Shown here one piece after another: positions 34,211-43,549 of a stretch of DNA of 45,334 nucleotides. The position numbers and the translations under genes were made by a program. The notes beneath the pieces were generated by a model that did no database searches, was not told where the DNA came from, and saw only the letters and a program-made list of their open reading frames with translations. Location: the IMG/VR virus record IMGVR_UViG_3300012921_000047, positions 1 through 45,334 of that record; one strand, given 5' to 3'. The number at the start of each line of letters is the position of its first letter. Within the stretch, counting starts at the first letter, position 1. Source of the DNA: a virus. Taxonomy: Duplodnaviria > Caudoviricetes.

Positions 34211-34515
34211 TGGGCTACTGGAACGCAGCAGTGCCTATTCTCGGCGCGCTCAGTCTCTACCCGCAAGAAGAGCTGTTGCCGCACGCGATCGAAGAAAGCG
34301 GGCCGGCTGGCGTCTGCGTGTCGCTCTCTGATCTCGGCGCGCTGGATGCGACAGATTTCATCCCGCTCGGATCGTGCCACCAGCGAGGAAGCGATGGCTT
34401 TTACTGGGCTGCGCAACGGATCGTCAGCCGCGACATGCTGGACGCCTACGAATACACCGACCGCACTGCGCGGGTTACTGACTGCGCGAGCGACCCGATG
34501 CGAGGTGCGGCATGA
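34210..34515 (+). CDS. hypothetical protein
   Basis: Start reassigned to TGATG overlap (MGYWNAAV...). Confidence 0.55.
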   Translation: MGYWNAAVPILGALSLYPQEELLPHAIEESGPAGVCVSLSDLGALDATDFIPLGSCHQRGSDGFYWAAQRIVSRDMLDAYEYTDRTARVTDCASDPMRGAA

Positions 34516-34625
34516 GCGCCCTGATGATGTTTCTCGGCATCCTGATCTACGGCGTCATCGCAATGACCGTTGCGCAGATCGCCGGCCGCTGCATCGACGA
34601 GATGGGAGGCCCGGACGATGAATAG
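34512..34625 (+). CDS. small membrane protein (37 aa)
   Basis: Manually read MSALMMFLGILIYGVIAMTVAQIAGRCIDEMGGPDDE*; GAGG RBS, ATGA overlap. Confidence 0.55.
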   Translation: MSALMMFLGILIYGVIAMTVAQIAGRCIDEMGGPDDE

Positions 34626-34872
34626 GCGCCCCTCACCCACTGCCCTGCGCGCTCGAATCCTCGGGCTGCGCTGGCGCCGTGCGCATGCCGCCATGCGCGT
34701 GCTGGCCGCCGACAGCATCGCCTCGCAGATCGCGGCCGTCGGCGCCGACGGCTTCGCCCAGATGCGCGCGACCGGGTACCAGATCGCCACGGCCGAGGCC
34801 CTCCGCGAAATCGAGCACCAGCTGCGCCGCTGCCGGCGCGCCCTCAACCACCTAAAGGAGTACCGCGCATGA
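34618..34872 (+). CDS. hypothetical Arg-rich protein
   Basis: GGAGG RBS before ATG 34618; coupled to next gene. Confidence 0.55.
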   Translation: MNRRPSPTALRARILGLRWRRAHAAMRVLAADSIASQIAAVGADGFAQMRATGYQIATAEALREIEHQLRRCRRALNHLKEYRA

Positions 34873-35690
34873 ATGCGCCTGAACGTCTTCCGTCTCTGAC
34901 CGTGCGCGCCAGCTCGTGGGCCGGTCTATTCGACTGTGCCTACCGCTGGGAAGGCATCCACCTGCTGGGCATGCGCAACGTCGTCGGCCTGCGCGCGGCG
35001 CTCGGCACGGCAATCCACGCCGGCACCGCGGTGTTCGACCAGGCGCGTCTCGACGGCGCCGGCCTGTCCGCTGACGACGCAGCCGGCGTGATGGTCGACA
35101 AGCTCCGCGACCCGGAGAACGAGTTCGATCCGGAACGCGACGACATCACGATGACCGAGGCCGAGCGCGTCGGCCTAACGCTGATCACGAAGTACTGCAT
35201 CGAGGTGTCGCCGAAGTACGACTTCGTCGCCGTGGAGATGCCGACGAAGCCCATGGACATCGACTGCGGTTCGGGTGTCGTCGTGCGCCTCACCGGCACG
35301 ATGGACCGGGCGCGCATCCGCCGCGCCGGTGACGGTGTCGGTATCGCCGACATCAAGACTGGATCTGCGGCCGTCCAGAAAGGTGTGGCGGTGACCAAGG
35401 GCCACGGCCCGCAGATCGGCACCTACGAGCTGCTCTACGAGCACACCACCGGCGAGCGCATCACCGACGACGCCGAAATCATCGGCATGAAGACGAAGGG
35501 CACGTCCGAGATTTCAACCGGGCGCATCGCCAACGCGCGTACCGCGATGGTCGGTTCCGACAAGCACCCCGGCCTGATCCAGTTCGCGGCCGAGATGTTC
35601 AAGACCGGCCGCTTCTACCCCAACCCCAAGTCGCTGCTCTGCTCGGAGAAGTACTGCCCGCGCCACGCGACCTGCCCGTTCCACGACTGA
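34869..35690 (+). CDS. PD-(D/E)XK exonuclease (RecB/AddB/Cas4-like, probable 4Fe-4S)
   Basis: GTAIH, GTMDR...IADIKTG, QIGTYELL; one N-terminal Cys plus C-terminal CSEKYC...TCPF. Confidence 0.85.
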   Translation: MNAPERLPSLTVRASSWAGLFDCAYRWEGIHLLGMRNVVGLRAALGTAIHAGTAVFDQARLDGAGLSADDAAGVMVDKLRDPENEFDPERDDITMTEAERVGLTLITKYCIEVSPKYDFVAVEMPTKPMDIDCGSGVVVRLTGTMDRARIRRAGDGVGIADIKTGSAAVQKGVAVTKGHGPQIGTYELLYEHTTGERITDDAEIIGMKTKGTSEISTGRIANARTAMVGSDKHPGLIQFAAEMFKTGRFYPNPKSLLCSEKYCPRHATCPFHD

Positions 35691-35701
35691 GGACTACCGA
35701 C

Positions 35702-36730
35702 ATGAATGCCCCCGCATCCCTTCAACAAGTCCGCGACCAAGTCGCGGCACCGCGCGAACCGAGCCTTCCGGCCATCGTCCCCGGCTTTGGCTCTCTCCAA
35801 GGGTTCGAGCTTGCCATTCGTCAGGCGAAGCTGCTCTCGTCTTCGACGCTGGTGCCGGCTCAGTACCGCGCCTTGATCGAGAAGAAGCAAGGCCAGAACG
35901 TGTCGTGGCAGGACAACCCGAACGCCATTCCGAATTGCGTGATCGCCATGAACATGGCGCAGCGGATGAACGCTGACCCGCTGATGGTCATGCAGAACCT
36001 CTACATCGTGGAGGGACGGCCATCGTGGTCGTCCACCTGGATCATCGCCGCAATCAACAACTGCGGCCGCTTCACGCCGCTGCGCTTCGATCTTGATGAC
36101 CTCGGCGAGCAGGACGTTGAGTACGACGTTGGCGAATGGGTTGATGGCCGGAAGCAGTGGAAGAAGGTCAAGACCAAGGTTCGCAACTTGCGTTGCGTCG
36201 CGTGGGCGGAAGAGAAGGCCACAGGGCAGCGAGTGACCTCGCCGGCAGTCTCGATGGAAATGGCTGTCAAGGAAGGCTGGTACCAAAAGACCGGCAGCAA
36301 GTGGCAGACCATGCCGGAAGTCATGCTGCGGTATCGGACTGCATCCTTCTTCGGAAAGCTCTACGCCCCCGAACTGCTGATGGGTCTGCCTTCGTCGGAC
36401 GAGGCGGGCGACATCATCGATGCCGAGCGCGACAGCACCGGCCAGTTCTCCGTTGATATCGCGTCACTGCGCCCAACTGCACCCGCAGATGAGCCGGCGC
36501 CGGAAACAACCGCAGGTCAGGTGACCGGGACTACCACTTCAGGCGACCCGCAGGACGACGACCTCCGCGCGGTCGAACAGGGACAGGGCACGAACACCGG
36601 CGGCAACTGGCAGCCGTCCGCCGAGGAAGCGGCCGAGATGGAGCGCCGCATCGCCGAAGAGGCAGCGGCCGACCAGCAGCGTGCCAGCGCCCCGCGTGGC
36701 CGTGGCCAGCGCCAGATGAGCATCGAGTAA
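35702..36730 (+). CDS. RecT/Redbeta-like single-strand annealing protein
   Basis: NCVIAMNMAQRMNADPLMVMQNLYIVEGRPSWS...KWQTMPEVMLRYR; paired with the exonuclease. Confidence 0.75.
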   Translation: MNAPASLQQVRDQVAAPREPSLPAIVPGFGSLQGFELAIRQAKLLSSSTLVPAQYRALIEKKQGQNVSWQDNPNAIPNCVIAMNMAQRMNADPLMVMQNLYIVEGRPSWSSTWIIAAINNCGRFTPLRFDLDDLGEQDVEYDVGEWVDGRKQWKKVKTKVRNLRCVAWAEEKATGQRVTSPAVSMEMAVKEGWYQKTGSKWQTMPEVMLRYRTASFFGKLYAPELLMGLPSSDEAGDIIDAERDSTGQFSVDIASLRPTAPADEPAPETTAGQVTGTTTSGDPQDDDLRAVEQGQGTNTGGNWQPSAEEAAEMERRIAEEAAADQQRASAPRGRGQRQMSIE

Positions 36731-36966
36731 CGAACCCACGAGAGGGAGCGAGGCGATGCATTCAGTCGCTGGTGGAGGCATGACGCGCGGGCAGTTCCTG
36801 CCACGGGGAGCCGCGCAACAGGAAACGCCGGGCACTCCGTCCGCCGTGGCCACCGCTCCCGTTACTGCAGCAGCGTCCGAGAAACCCCACGGCATTCGGC
36901 GCATCCCGGCCGATAGCCGGATGCCGTGGGCCTTGGATTGACCACATTCTTGAAAGGCACTCAAAC

Positions 36967-37653
36967 ATGAATGCACCGAACGACTTCCGCGCGATGACCA
37001 CCGAAACCATCGGCAAGGATCTGCTCTCCGCCCTCGTCACTGAGATCAAGCTCCTGCCCAAACCCTGGGCGAAGCTGTCCGAGGCAAAGCAGAACGACAT
37101 CATCGACCGCCTGCGCGCCCGTGTGGAGCACAACGTCGGCATGGCCGTGCACCTGCTCTCCGCTCAAGGCCGGGTTGTCGTGGCTGGCGATCTGGAGCAA
37201 CTGACGATCAAGGACGGCGTGAAGGCCGTCGTGAAGTTCGGCCTAAGCGCGCCGAACCTGCATGAGCTCTACGACTGCGCCGGTAAGGCGGTGCTGGTGG
37301 TGGTCGCCGACGCCGCGGCTGTCACCGGCGGAATGGACGACGTGAAGGGCGAGGCGGACCAGCGCGCGATGGATCTCGGCCACGAGTACGACGACAACGA
37401 CGGCGGCGGCATGGAGGACCAGGCCGCCGGCGATGTCCTTGAAGGTGAGGCGCTCGCGATCGAGCATCAGCCCCTGCAGGAGGAACTCGACCAAGCATAC
37501 GAGGACGGCTACGAGGCGGCGGCCGACGGTAAGCCGGAATCCGACTGCCCGCAAATGGCAGGACCGCTGTGCATCCAGTGGGTGAAGGGGTGGAAGGACT
37601 GGCACGAGCAGAACGGCGAAGGCTCTGGTAACGCCATTGCCGACGAGGGCTGA
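36967..37653 (+). CDS. phage protein with C-terminal RMF-like domain
   Basis: C-terminus AYEDGYEAAADGKPESDCP...QWVKGW matches the ribosome modulation factor pattern. Confidence 0.7.
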   Translation: MNAPNDFRAMTTETIGKDLLSALVTEIKLLPKPWAKLSEAKQNDIIDRLRARVEHNVGMAVHLLSAQGRVVVAGDLEQLTIKDGVKAVVKFGLSAPNLHELYDCAGKAVLVVVADAAAVTGGMDDVKGEADQRAMDLGHEYDDNDGGGMEDQAAGDVLEGEALAIEHQPLQEELDQAYEDGYEAAADGKPESDCPQMAGPLCIQWVKGWKDWHEQNGEGSGNAIADEG

Positions 37654-37657
37654 TCAC

Positions 37658-39487
37658 ATGAAGATCACCCGAATCTCCGCCCAGAACTACCTGGGCATCC
37701 GCGCCGCCGATATCGCACTCGATCGCCCGGTCCAGCTGTTCGCCGGCCGCAACGGTGCCGGCAAGTCCAGCCTGATGGAAGGCGTACGCCATGCCCTCAC
37801 CGGTGAAACGGTCCGCGTCAGCCTGAAGAAGGAATACGCGTCGCTGCTCACCGAGGGCGCCGAGTCCGGCTTCGTGGAAGTCGTGGCCGACGGCGGCGCC
37901 TATGCCGTGGCCCTGCCCAGCGGCAAGGGCGCGGCGAGCGGCGAAGCCGCGCTGCCGTACCTGCTGGACGCCCAGCGCTTCGCGAGCCTGTCGCCCGACG
38001 AGCGGCGCGCCTTCCTGTTCGGGCTCATGGGACTCAGCTCCAGCGGCGACGCAGTGAAGAAGCGCCTGGCCGACAAGGGCTTTGACGACGCCCGCGTCGC
38101 GCTGGTGATGCCGCTGCTGCGCGCCGGCTTCGAAGCCGCCTGCAAGGAAGCCCAGAACCGCGCCCGCGATGCGAAGGCTGCGTGGAAAACCATCACCGGC
38201 GGCGAGACCTGGGGCAAGGACAAGGCGGCCGGCTGGCGGCCCGCTGCGCTGCCGGAGGGTGCCGCGAAGGCGCCGGGGCTGCTGGAGAACGCCCGCGCCA
38301 AGCTGACCGAGGCCGATGGTGCGCTAGCCACGGCCCAGCAGGCGCTGGGTGCTGCGCGGTCCACCGCACAGGCACGCGAGGAGCAGGAAGAGCAGCGCGT
38401 GCAGCTGGAGGAGCGCGCCGGCCGTATCGAGCGCATCCGCGCGAAGCTCGCCAAGGACGAGGCTGAACTGGCCGACTGGCAGGCGAAGGTCGCCGACGCG
38501 AAGGCAGCAGCCGGCGGCGTGAAGAAGGTGCGTGCCGTGCTGGAGGACGCCGTGCTGCGCGGCCTCGCCGAGGTCGCCGCCGAGTTTCTCGGCATCGCGG
38601 AGGCCAGCACCGGCATCGTGGTGAGCGACTCCGGCGAGATCCTCGAATGGGACCAGGCGTTGCTGAACCGCGCTCGCGCGCACGTCGCCGAATACCGCGC
38701 GCAAAGCGCAACGGCTCCGGCCGAAGATGCTCAGGCCGCCGCGAAGCTCGCCGAGTACGAAAAGGCGCGCGACCTGATGCAGAGCGCCGTTGCCAACGGT
38801 CGGCGCGATCTGGCGGCAGCCGAAGCGGCAGAGGCCGCGCTGCAGGCCCTTGATGCCGCTGCCGCCGGCGATGCGCCGAACTTCGACGAGCTGCGCGAGG
38901 ACGTGCAGCAGAAGATCGAGGCGCGCGATGCGTGGCGTGCCGATGTCGAGAAGTACAAAGCGCTGACCGAGCTGGCTGCGCGGCAGGAGAAGGTCGTCGC
39001 CGACGCCGGCCGGCACCACGCCGACGTGCTCGCCTGGCTGGAGATCGCCGACGCGCTGTCTCCGGACGGCATCCCGGGCGAGATGCTCGCCGAGGCGCTG
39101 GGCCCGATGAATGCACGGCTGGGTGCCAGCGCTGTTGCTGCTGGCTGGACGATTCCGCAGATCACGGCCGACATGGAAGTCACAGCAGATGGCCGACCCT
39201 ACGCGCTGCTCAGCGAGTCAGAAAAGTGGCGCGCCGACGCGATGATCGCCGAGGCCGTGAGCTATCTGTCCGGGCTGCGCCTGCTGGTGCTCGATCGGTT
39301 CGACGTGCTGGACCTGACCGGCCGCGCGGACGCGCTGGAATGGCTGGACGCACTGACTGAAGCCGACGAGGTCGACACGGCGCTGGTGTTCGGGACGCTC
39401 AAAGCGCTGCCCGGTGGCCTGCCGGACAGCATGCAGGCGCACTGGATCGATGGCGGTGTCGTGGGTCAGATGCGGGAGGCGGCGTGA
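37658..39487 (+). CDS. SbcC/Rad50-like coiled-coil ATPase
   Basis: Walker A GRNGAGKSS, long coiled coil, signature LSESE, Walker B LVLDRFD; start reassigned to 37658. Confidence 0.85.
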   Translation: MKITRISAQNYLGIRAADIALDRPVQLFAGRNGAGKSSLMEGVRHALTGETVRVSLKKEYASLLTEGAESGFVEVVADGGAYAVALPSGKGAASGEAALPYLLDAQRFASLSPDERRAFLFGLMGLSSSGDAVKKRLADKGFDDARVALVMPLLRAGFEAACKEAQNRARDAKAAWKTITGGETWGKDKAAGWRPAALPEGAAKAPGLLENARAKLTEADGALATAQQALGAARSTAQAREEQEEQRVQLEERAGRIERIRAKLAKDEAELADWQAKVADAKAAAGGVKKVRAVLEDAVLRGLAEVAAEFLGIAEASTGIVVSDSGEILEWDQALLNRARAHVAEYRAQSATAPAEDAQAAAKLAEYEKARDLMQSAVANGRRDLAAAEAAEAALQALDAAAAGDAPNFDELREDVQQKIEARDAWRADVEKYKALTELAARQEKVVADAGRHHADVLAWLEIADALSPDGIPGEMLAEALGPMNARLGASAVAAGWTIPQITADMEVTADGRPYALLSESEKWRADAMIAEAVSYLSGLRLLVLDRFDVLDLTGRADALEWLDALTEADEVDTALVFGTLKALPGGLPDSMQAHWIDGGVVGQMREAA

Positions 39488-40143
39488 TGGACTCCATACA
39501 ACTTTCGACACTGGCCACGCTCGCAGGGAAGTGGCAAGCCGAAGCCGATTGCGGCGCAGGAAGCGCGGACCGCCGAGCTGCTCTGCGCGAGTGCGCAGAC
39601 ACAGTGCGCATGCTCTGCGAGGTTCGATTCGAAGACTGCCCGCATGCAGCACCTCATCGGTACTGCGCGGAATGCGCGGTCTCGCCGTGCCCGATCGGAC
39701 TTGGCGAGCATTCGGTGGCGAAGCCCGCGAAGTGCGACGGCAACCACGGCGGGCCGCGATGCGCGGATCCGGAGTGCTGGAACGACACTGCAGATGTGCG
39801 GATGCCGGACGACGAAGTCATGCGCGACGCGCTGGAACACCTTGCCGGACTGGACACGCACGACGTCAACCTGCGTGATAACCCGAAAGCTTACGAGGTG
39901 CTGGAGCGCCTTGTGCGCACCTGCTACGCGCCCGGGGATGCGGTCGAGCCGATCCGCTGGGTAACCGATGGAAGCTATCCAGACGCCGACGAACTAGTGC
40001 TTGTCGAAGGCCCGGATCCCGGCGACGTATGGGGCGGCTGCTACGACGGCGGTCAGTGGCTCACCGGCGACGGCATGCCGGTGGACGTGAAGGTTCTCGC
40101 TTGGGCGCAGTGGCCGGCAGGGTCGAAAGGCGGTGAAGCGTGA
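39484..40143 (+). CDS. mosaic hypothetical protein (Cys/His motifs, DUF551-like C-terminus)
   Basis: CPHAAPHRYCAEC, CDGNHGGPRCADPECW, IRWV...PD...VLV...VLAWAQWP. Confidence 0.6.
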   Translation: MMDSIQLSTLATLAGKWQAEADCGAGSADRRAALRECADTVRMLCEVRFEDCPHAAPHRYCAECAVSPCPIGLGEHSVAKPAKCDGNHGGPRCADPECWNDTADVRMPDDEVMRDALEHLAGLDTHDVNLRDNPKAYEVLERLVRTCYAPGDAVEPIRWVTDGSYPDADELVLVEGPDPGDVWGGCYDGGQWLTGDGMPVDVKVLAWAQWPAGSKGGEA

Positions 40144-40421
40144 GCAGCGCCGGAACACGAGAGCGCGAGCGGTTTTTGGCGCGCATGGCGACGATTCAAC
40201 CCGGCGCCGTGCTCGCCAGGCGGTCGAAGCATTGGACGGTCACAAAGTCGCGCCGCACAGAAACGGGCGTCCGCCTCACGTTGGTCTGTGGAAGACGGTC
40301 GATCGTTGCATACGTCGGCGTTTGCCAGTCCGGGCCCGACCTGTGGCAATCCGGGCTGCGTGTCGTAACGCCGCCGCCCGCAAGCCGCGAAATGTTCCGC
40401 GCAGATCGGGAGGCAGCATGA
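40140..40421 (+). CDS. hypothetical protein
   Basis: GTGA/ATGA overlaps on both sides. Confidence 0.55.
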   Translation: MSSAGTRERERFLARMATIQPGAVLARRSKHWTVTKSRRTETGVRLTLVCGRRSIVAYVGVCQSGPDLWQSGLRVVTPPPASREMFRADREAA

Positions 40422-42268
40422 AGCGCGACGTCTTCACCACCGCACCCGACGACGTGCGCGACATCCGGCACTTCCACCTGTTCTGCGGCCTCGGCGGCGG
40501 TGCACGCGGCTTCAATGCGGCGAGCGCCCGGGTAGGCAACATGGTCGGCCGCTTCCGCTGCCTCGGCGGCATCGACGTTGACCCTGCCTCGATCCGCGAC
40601 TTCAGCCGGCTGGCCGGCGTGCCGGGCACGGTGCTGGATCTGTTCGACCGCGAGCAGTACCGCGCCTTCCATGGAGCCGAGCCGCCGGCAGGCTGGCGTG
40701 AGGCAACCACGGCCGACATTCATCGCGCAGCCGGCGGCGAGCGCCCGCACATCGTGTTCCTGTCGGCGCCGTGCAAGGGCTTCAGCGGCCTGCTGGCCGA
40801 GGGCAAGAGCCGGACGGACAAGTACCAGGCGCTGAACCGTCTCACGCTGCGCGGCGTGTGGCTGATGCTCGAGGCGTGGGCCGACGATCCGCCCGAGCTG
40901 GTGCTGTTCGAGAACGTGCCGCGCATCGCCACGCGCGGACGGCATCTGCTCGACCAGATCAGCGCGCTGCTGCGGCAGTACGGCTACGCGGTCGCCGAGA
41001 CCACGCACGACTGCGGGCAGCTCGGCGCTCTGGCGCAGAGCCGGAAGCGCTTCCTTTTGGTCGCCCGCCATATCGACAAGGTGCCGCCCTTCCTGTACGA
41101 ACCGGCATCGCGTCCGCTTCAGGGCGTCGGCACGGTGCTCGGCCGCATGCCGCTGCCCGGCGATCTGGCCGCCGGCCCGATGCACCGCGTGCCGGCCCTG
41201 ATGTGGAAGACATGGGTTCGCCTCGCCTTCGTCCAGGCCGGCAGCGACTGGCGCAGCCTGAACCGGCTGGCGATCGAGGACGGCAAGCTGCGTGACTACC
41301 TGATCGTGCCCGAGTACCACGCCGGCTATCTCGGCGTCGGGCGTTGGGATGACCACAGCGGCACGGTGCAGAGCCACAGCGGCCCGACGAACGGCGCGTT
41401 CAGCATCGCCGACCCGCGCTTCGAGCCGTCCGCGAAATGGCGCGATGGCCAGGCCTACGGTGTGCGCACGTGGCATGACAGCACCGGTGCGATCAGCAGT
41501 AAGACGATGCCCGGGCAGGGTGCGTACTGCGTAGCGGACCCGCGCCACGGCGGCCCGGCGAAGCACTCGAACGAGTTCCGCATCGTGCGCTTCGACGAAG
41601 CCGCGCGCGCCATCACCAGCGCACACGGCACTGGCCAGTGTGTCAGCGACCCGCGGCCAGCCGGCGAGGTGTTCGGCAAGTACGCTGTCACCCGCTTCGA
41701 CGAAGCCGCCGGCACCGTGATCAGCGGCAGCACCACCGGCCAAGGCGCTTTCGCGGTGGCCGACCCACGCCCGGGCATGCAGCGCCAGCGCGGCGACCAC
41801 TACCTGACCGGCGGCCACTACGGCGTTGTGCCGTGGTCCAGCAGCTGCGGCGCCGTCTCTGCCTCGGCCTGCCACGACAACGGGCCGTGGACGGTGGCGG
41901 ACCCGCGGGTTTGCGATTCTGTGCAAGTCGGCGACTTCGGCATGCCGGCTGCGGCCGACCGCCTCGTTGCGCACATCCGTGCCGAGGACGGCACGTGGCA
42001 CCGGCCCTTCACGACGCTTGAGCTGGCCGCGTTGCAGTCACTGGTCGATCCGGAGGAAGTGCTCGAGCTGGACGGTCTCAGCGACAGCGACTGGCGCGAG
42101 CGCATCGGCAACGCGGTTCCGCCGGACGCCGCGCAGGCCATCGCCGGCGAGATGGGCCGCACGCTGCTGCTGGCGTGGTCCGGCGAAACCTTCACCCTGA
42201 GCAGTGCGCCGATATGGGTTCAACCGGCGCTGGCTGCCCTGACTGTCGCGCAGGGAGGTGCCGCCTGA
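40418..42268 (+). CDS. DNA (cytosine-5) methyltransferase
   Basis: LFCGLGG, SAPCKGFS, FENV, QSRKR, IGNAVPP; start reassigned to 40418. Confidence 0.93.
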   Translation: MKRDVFTTAPDDVRDIRHFHLFCGLGGGARGFNAASARVGNMVGRFRCLGGIDVDPASIRDFSRLAGVPGTVLDLFDREQYRAFHGAEPPAGWREATTADIHRAAGGERPHIVFLSAPCKGFSGLLAEGKSRTDKYQALNRLTLRGVWLMLEAWADDPPELVLFENVPRIATRGRHLLDQISALLRQYGYAVAETTHDCGQLGALAQSRKRFLLVARHIDKVPPFLYEPASRPLQGVGTVLGRMPLPGDLAAGPMHRVPALMWKTWVRLAFVQAGSDWRSLNRLAIEDGKLRDYLIVPEYHAGYLGVGRWDDHSGTVQSHSGPTNGAFSIADPRFEPSAKWRDGQAYGVRTWHDSTGAISSKTMPGQGAYCVADPRHGGPAKHSNEFRIVRFDEAARAITSAHGTGQCVSDPRPAGEVFGKYAVTRFDEAAGTVISGSTTGQGAFAVADPRPGMQRQRGDHYLTGGHYGVVPWSSSCGAVSASACHDNGPWTVADPRVCDSVQVGDFGMPAAADRLVAHIRAEDGTWHRPFTTLELAALQSLVDPEEVLELDGLSDSDWRERIGNAVPPDAAQAIAGEMGRTLLLAWSGETFTLSSAPIWVQPALAALTVAQGGAA

Positions 42269-42705
42269 TGCGTAAGCGCACACCCCGCTCACGCCGCCCA
42301 AAGACGCCGCCGTGCCTCATCGCTGTCGGGATGAACAACAAGCACGAGGGCGCCATGTACTCGGCGGTGCAGGCGTTCCGCCGCGGCGGGGCCACGGCCG
42401 ATCATTTCCTTGACCTGTGTGACACCCGCGACATCACGGCCATCGCCCACAACATGCAGGGGCGGCACGTCGACGGTCTGCGCGAGGCGCTGGAGGCGGC
42501 CGAGATCGCTCTGCTCAACATCCGCGACCGCCATCGCGATACCGGACGGTTTGGCGCCTCGGCCGACGAGCTGGCTGCGCTGGCGCTGCTGGTCGATACC
42601 TACACGAACTACTGGCTCGCCCAGTCGGGGCACCTGTATGGGCTCGCGCGGGAGGAACTGCGCCGGGCTAGGCTGCGGGACAAGGGTGGGGAGAAGGCGG
42701 CATGA
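42268..42705 (+). CDS. hypothetical protein
   Basis: TGATG start MRKRTPRSRR...; GGAGG RBS. Confidence 0.7.
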   Translation: MRKRTPRSRRPKTPPCLIAVGMNNKHEGAMYSAVQAFRRGGATADHFLDLCDTRDITAIAHNMQGRHVDGLREALEAAEIALLNIRDRHRDTGRFGASADELAALALLVDTYTNYWLAQSGHLYGLAREELRRARLRDKGGEKAA

Positions 42706-43373
42706 AAGAGCGACCGATCCTGTTCAGCGCGCCGATGGTGCGCGCCCTGCTGGCCGGCACGAAGACGCAGACGCGGCGGGTGGTGAAGCCGCCCCGCAAT
42801 CGCTCTGCCTTCGTGCTTCTCAACCACGGTAACGGTTGGTGGCCGTACCAGAGCGACGACGGCGAAAGCGAGCTCTGCGACGACGGCATGGAGCACCCCT
42901 ACACCTGTCCCTACGGCCAGCCCGGCGACCGGCTGTGGGTACGCGAGGCGTTCATGCACGAGCCGGCCGACTACTGCTGGGAAGCGAGCGTCAGCATTCC
43001 ATGCCGGCCGGCATCTACGGTCTACCGCGCAGACTTTCACGAAAGCCAGCCGGGCGAAGGTTGGAAGCCGAGCATCCACATGCCGCGCAGCCTCTCCCGC
43101 ATCCTGCTCGAAATCACCGCCGTCCGCGTCGAGCGGCTGCAGGAGATCAGCGAGGCGGCTGCGATTGCCGAAGGGATTACGACAATCTGGCCGGACGGCC
43201 CGCGCGATGACGGAGGACCGAACCACTACACGGTAGATGTCGATCCCGGTCACCTGAATGGGCCGACCGCTGCCACGGTCTATCGGATGCTCTGGGAGCT
43301 GATCAACGGCGAAGGCAGCTGGGACGCCAATCCCTGGGTCTGGGTGGTCGAGTTCAAGCGGGTGACGCCGTGA
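42702..43373 (+). CDS. conserved phage protein, ASCH/PUA-like
   Basis: MKERPILFSAPMVRALLAGTKTQTRR...GDRLWVRE...WKPSIHMPR...NPWVWVVEF. Confidence 0.8.
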   Translation: MKERPILFSAPMVRALLAGTKTQTRRVVKPPRNRSAFVLLNHGNGWWPYQSDDGESELCDDGMEHPYTCPYGQPGDRLWVREAFMHEPADYCWEASVSIPCRPASTVYRADFHESQPGEGWKPSIHMPRSLSRILLEITAVRVERLQEISEAAAIAEGITTIWPDGPRDDGGPNHYTVDVDPGHLNGPTAATVYRMLWELINGEGSWDANPWVWVVEFKRVTP

Positions 43374-43540
43374 CCGAGCACCAAACCTGCATCCACTGCG
43401 CGCGCGTCTATCTCGCACAGTCGCGGCACTTCACCGGCCGCCACCGCAGCTTCAGCTTCCGGCTGCTCGACTGGGCCGGAAACCAGCGCCGGAAGGCCAT
43501 GGCGCTGCGCGACGCCCTGGCCCAGCAGTCGCTCTTCTGA
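43370..43540 (+). CDS. small hypothetical protein (56 aa) ending QQSLF
   Basis: Manually read MTEHQTCIHCARVYLAQSRH...LLDWAGNQRRKAMALRDALAQQSLF*; GTGA overlap; fills the gap. Confidence 0.6.
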   Translation: MTEHQTCIHCARVYLAQSRHFTGRHRSFSFRLLDWAGNQRRKAMALRDALAQQSLF

Positions 43541-43549
43541 GGATTCACG

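Noticed and set aside
34869-35690. Cas4-like nuclease suggesting CRISPR-Cas
   Set aside because: No array or other cas genes seen; context next to an annealase indicates a recombination exonuclease
36756-36941. 61-aa ORF in the early operon spacer
   Set aside because: Low-complexity product with no motif; region better explained as structured RNA, though translation is not excluded
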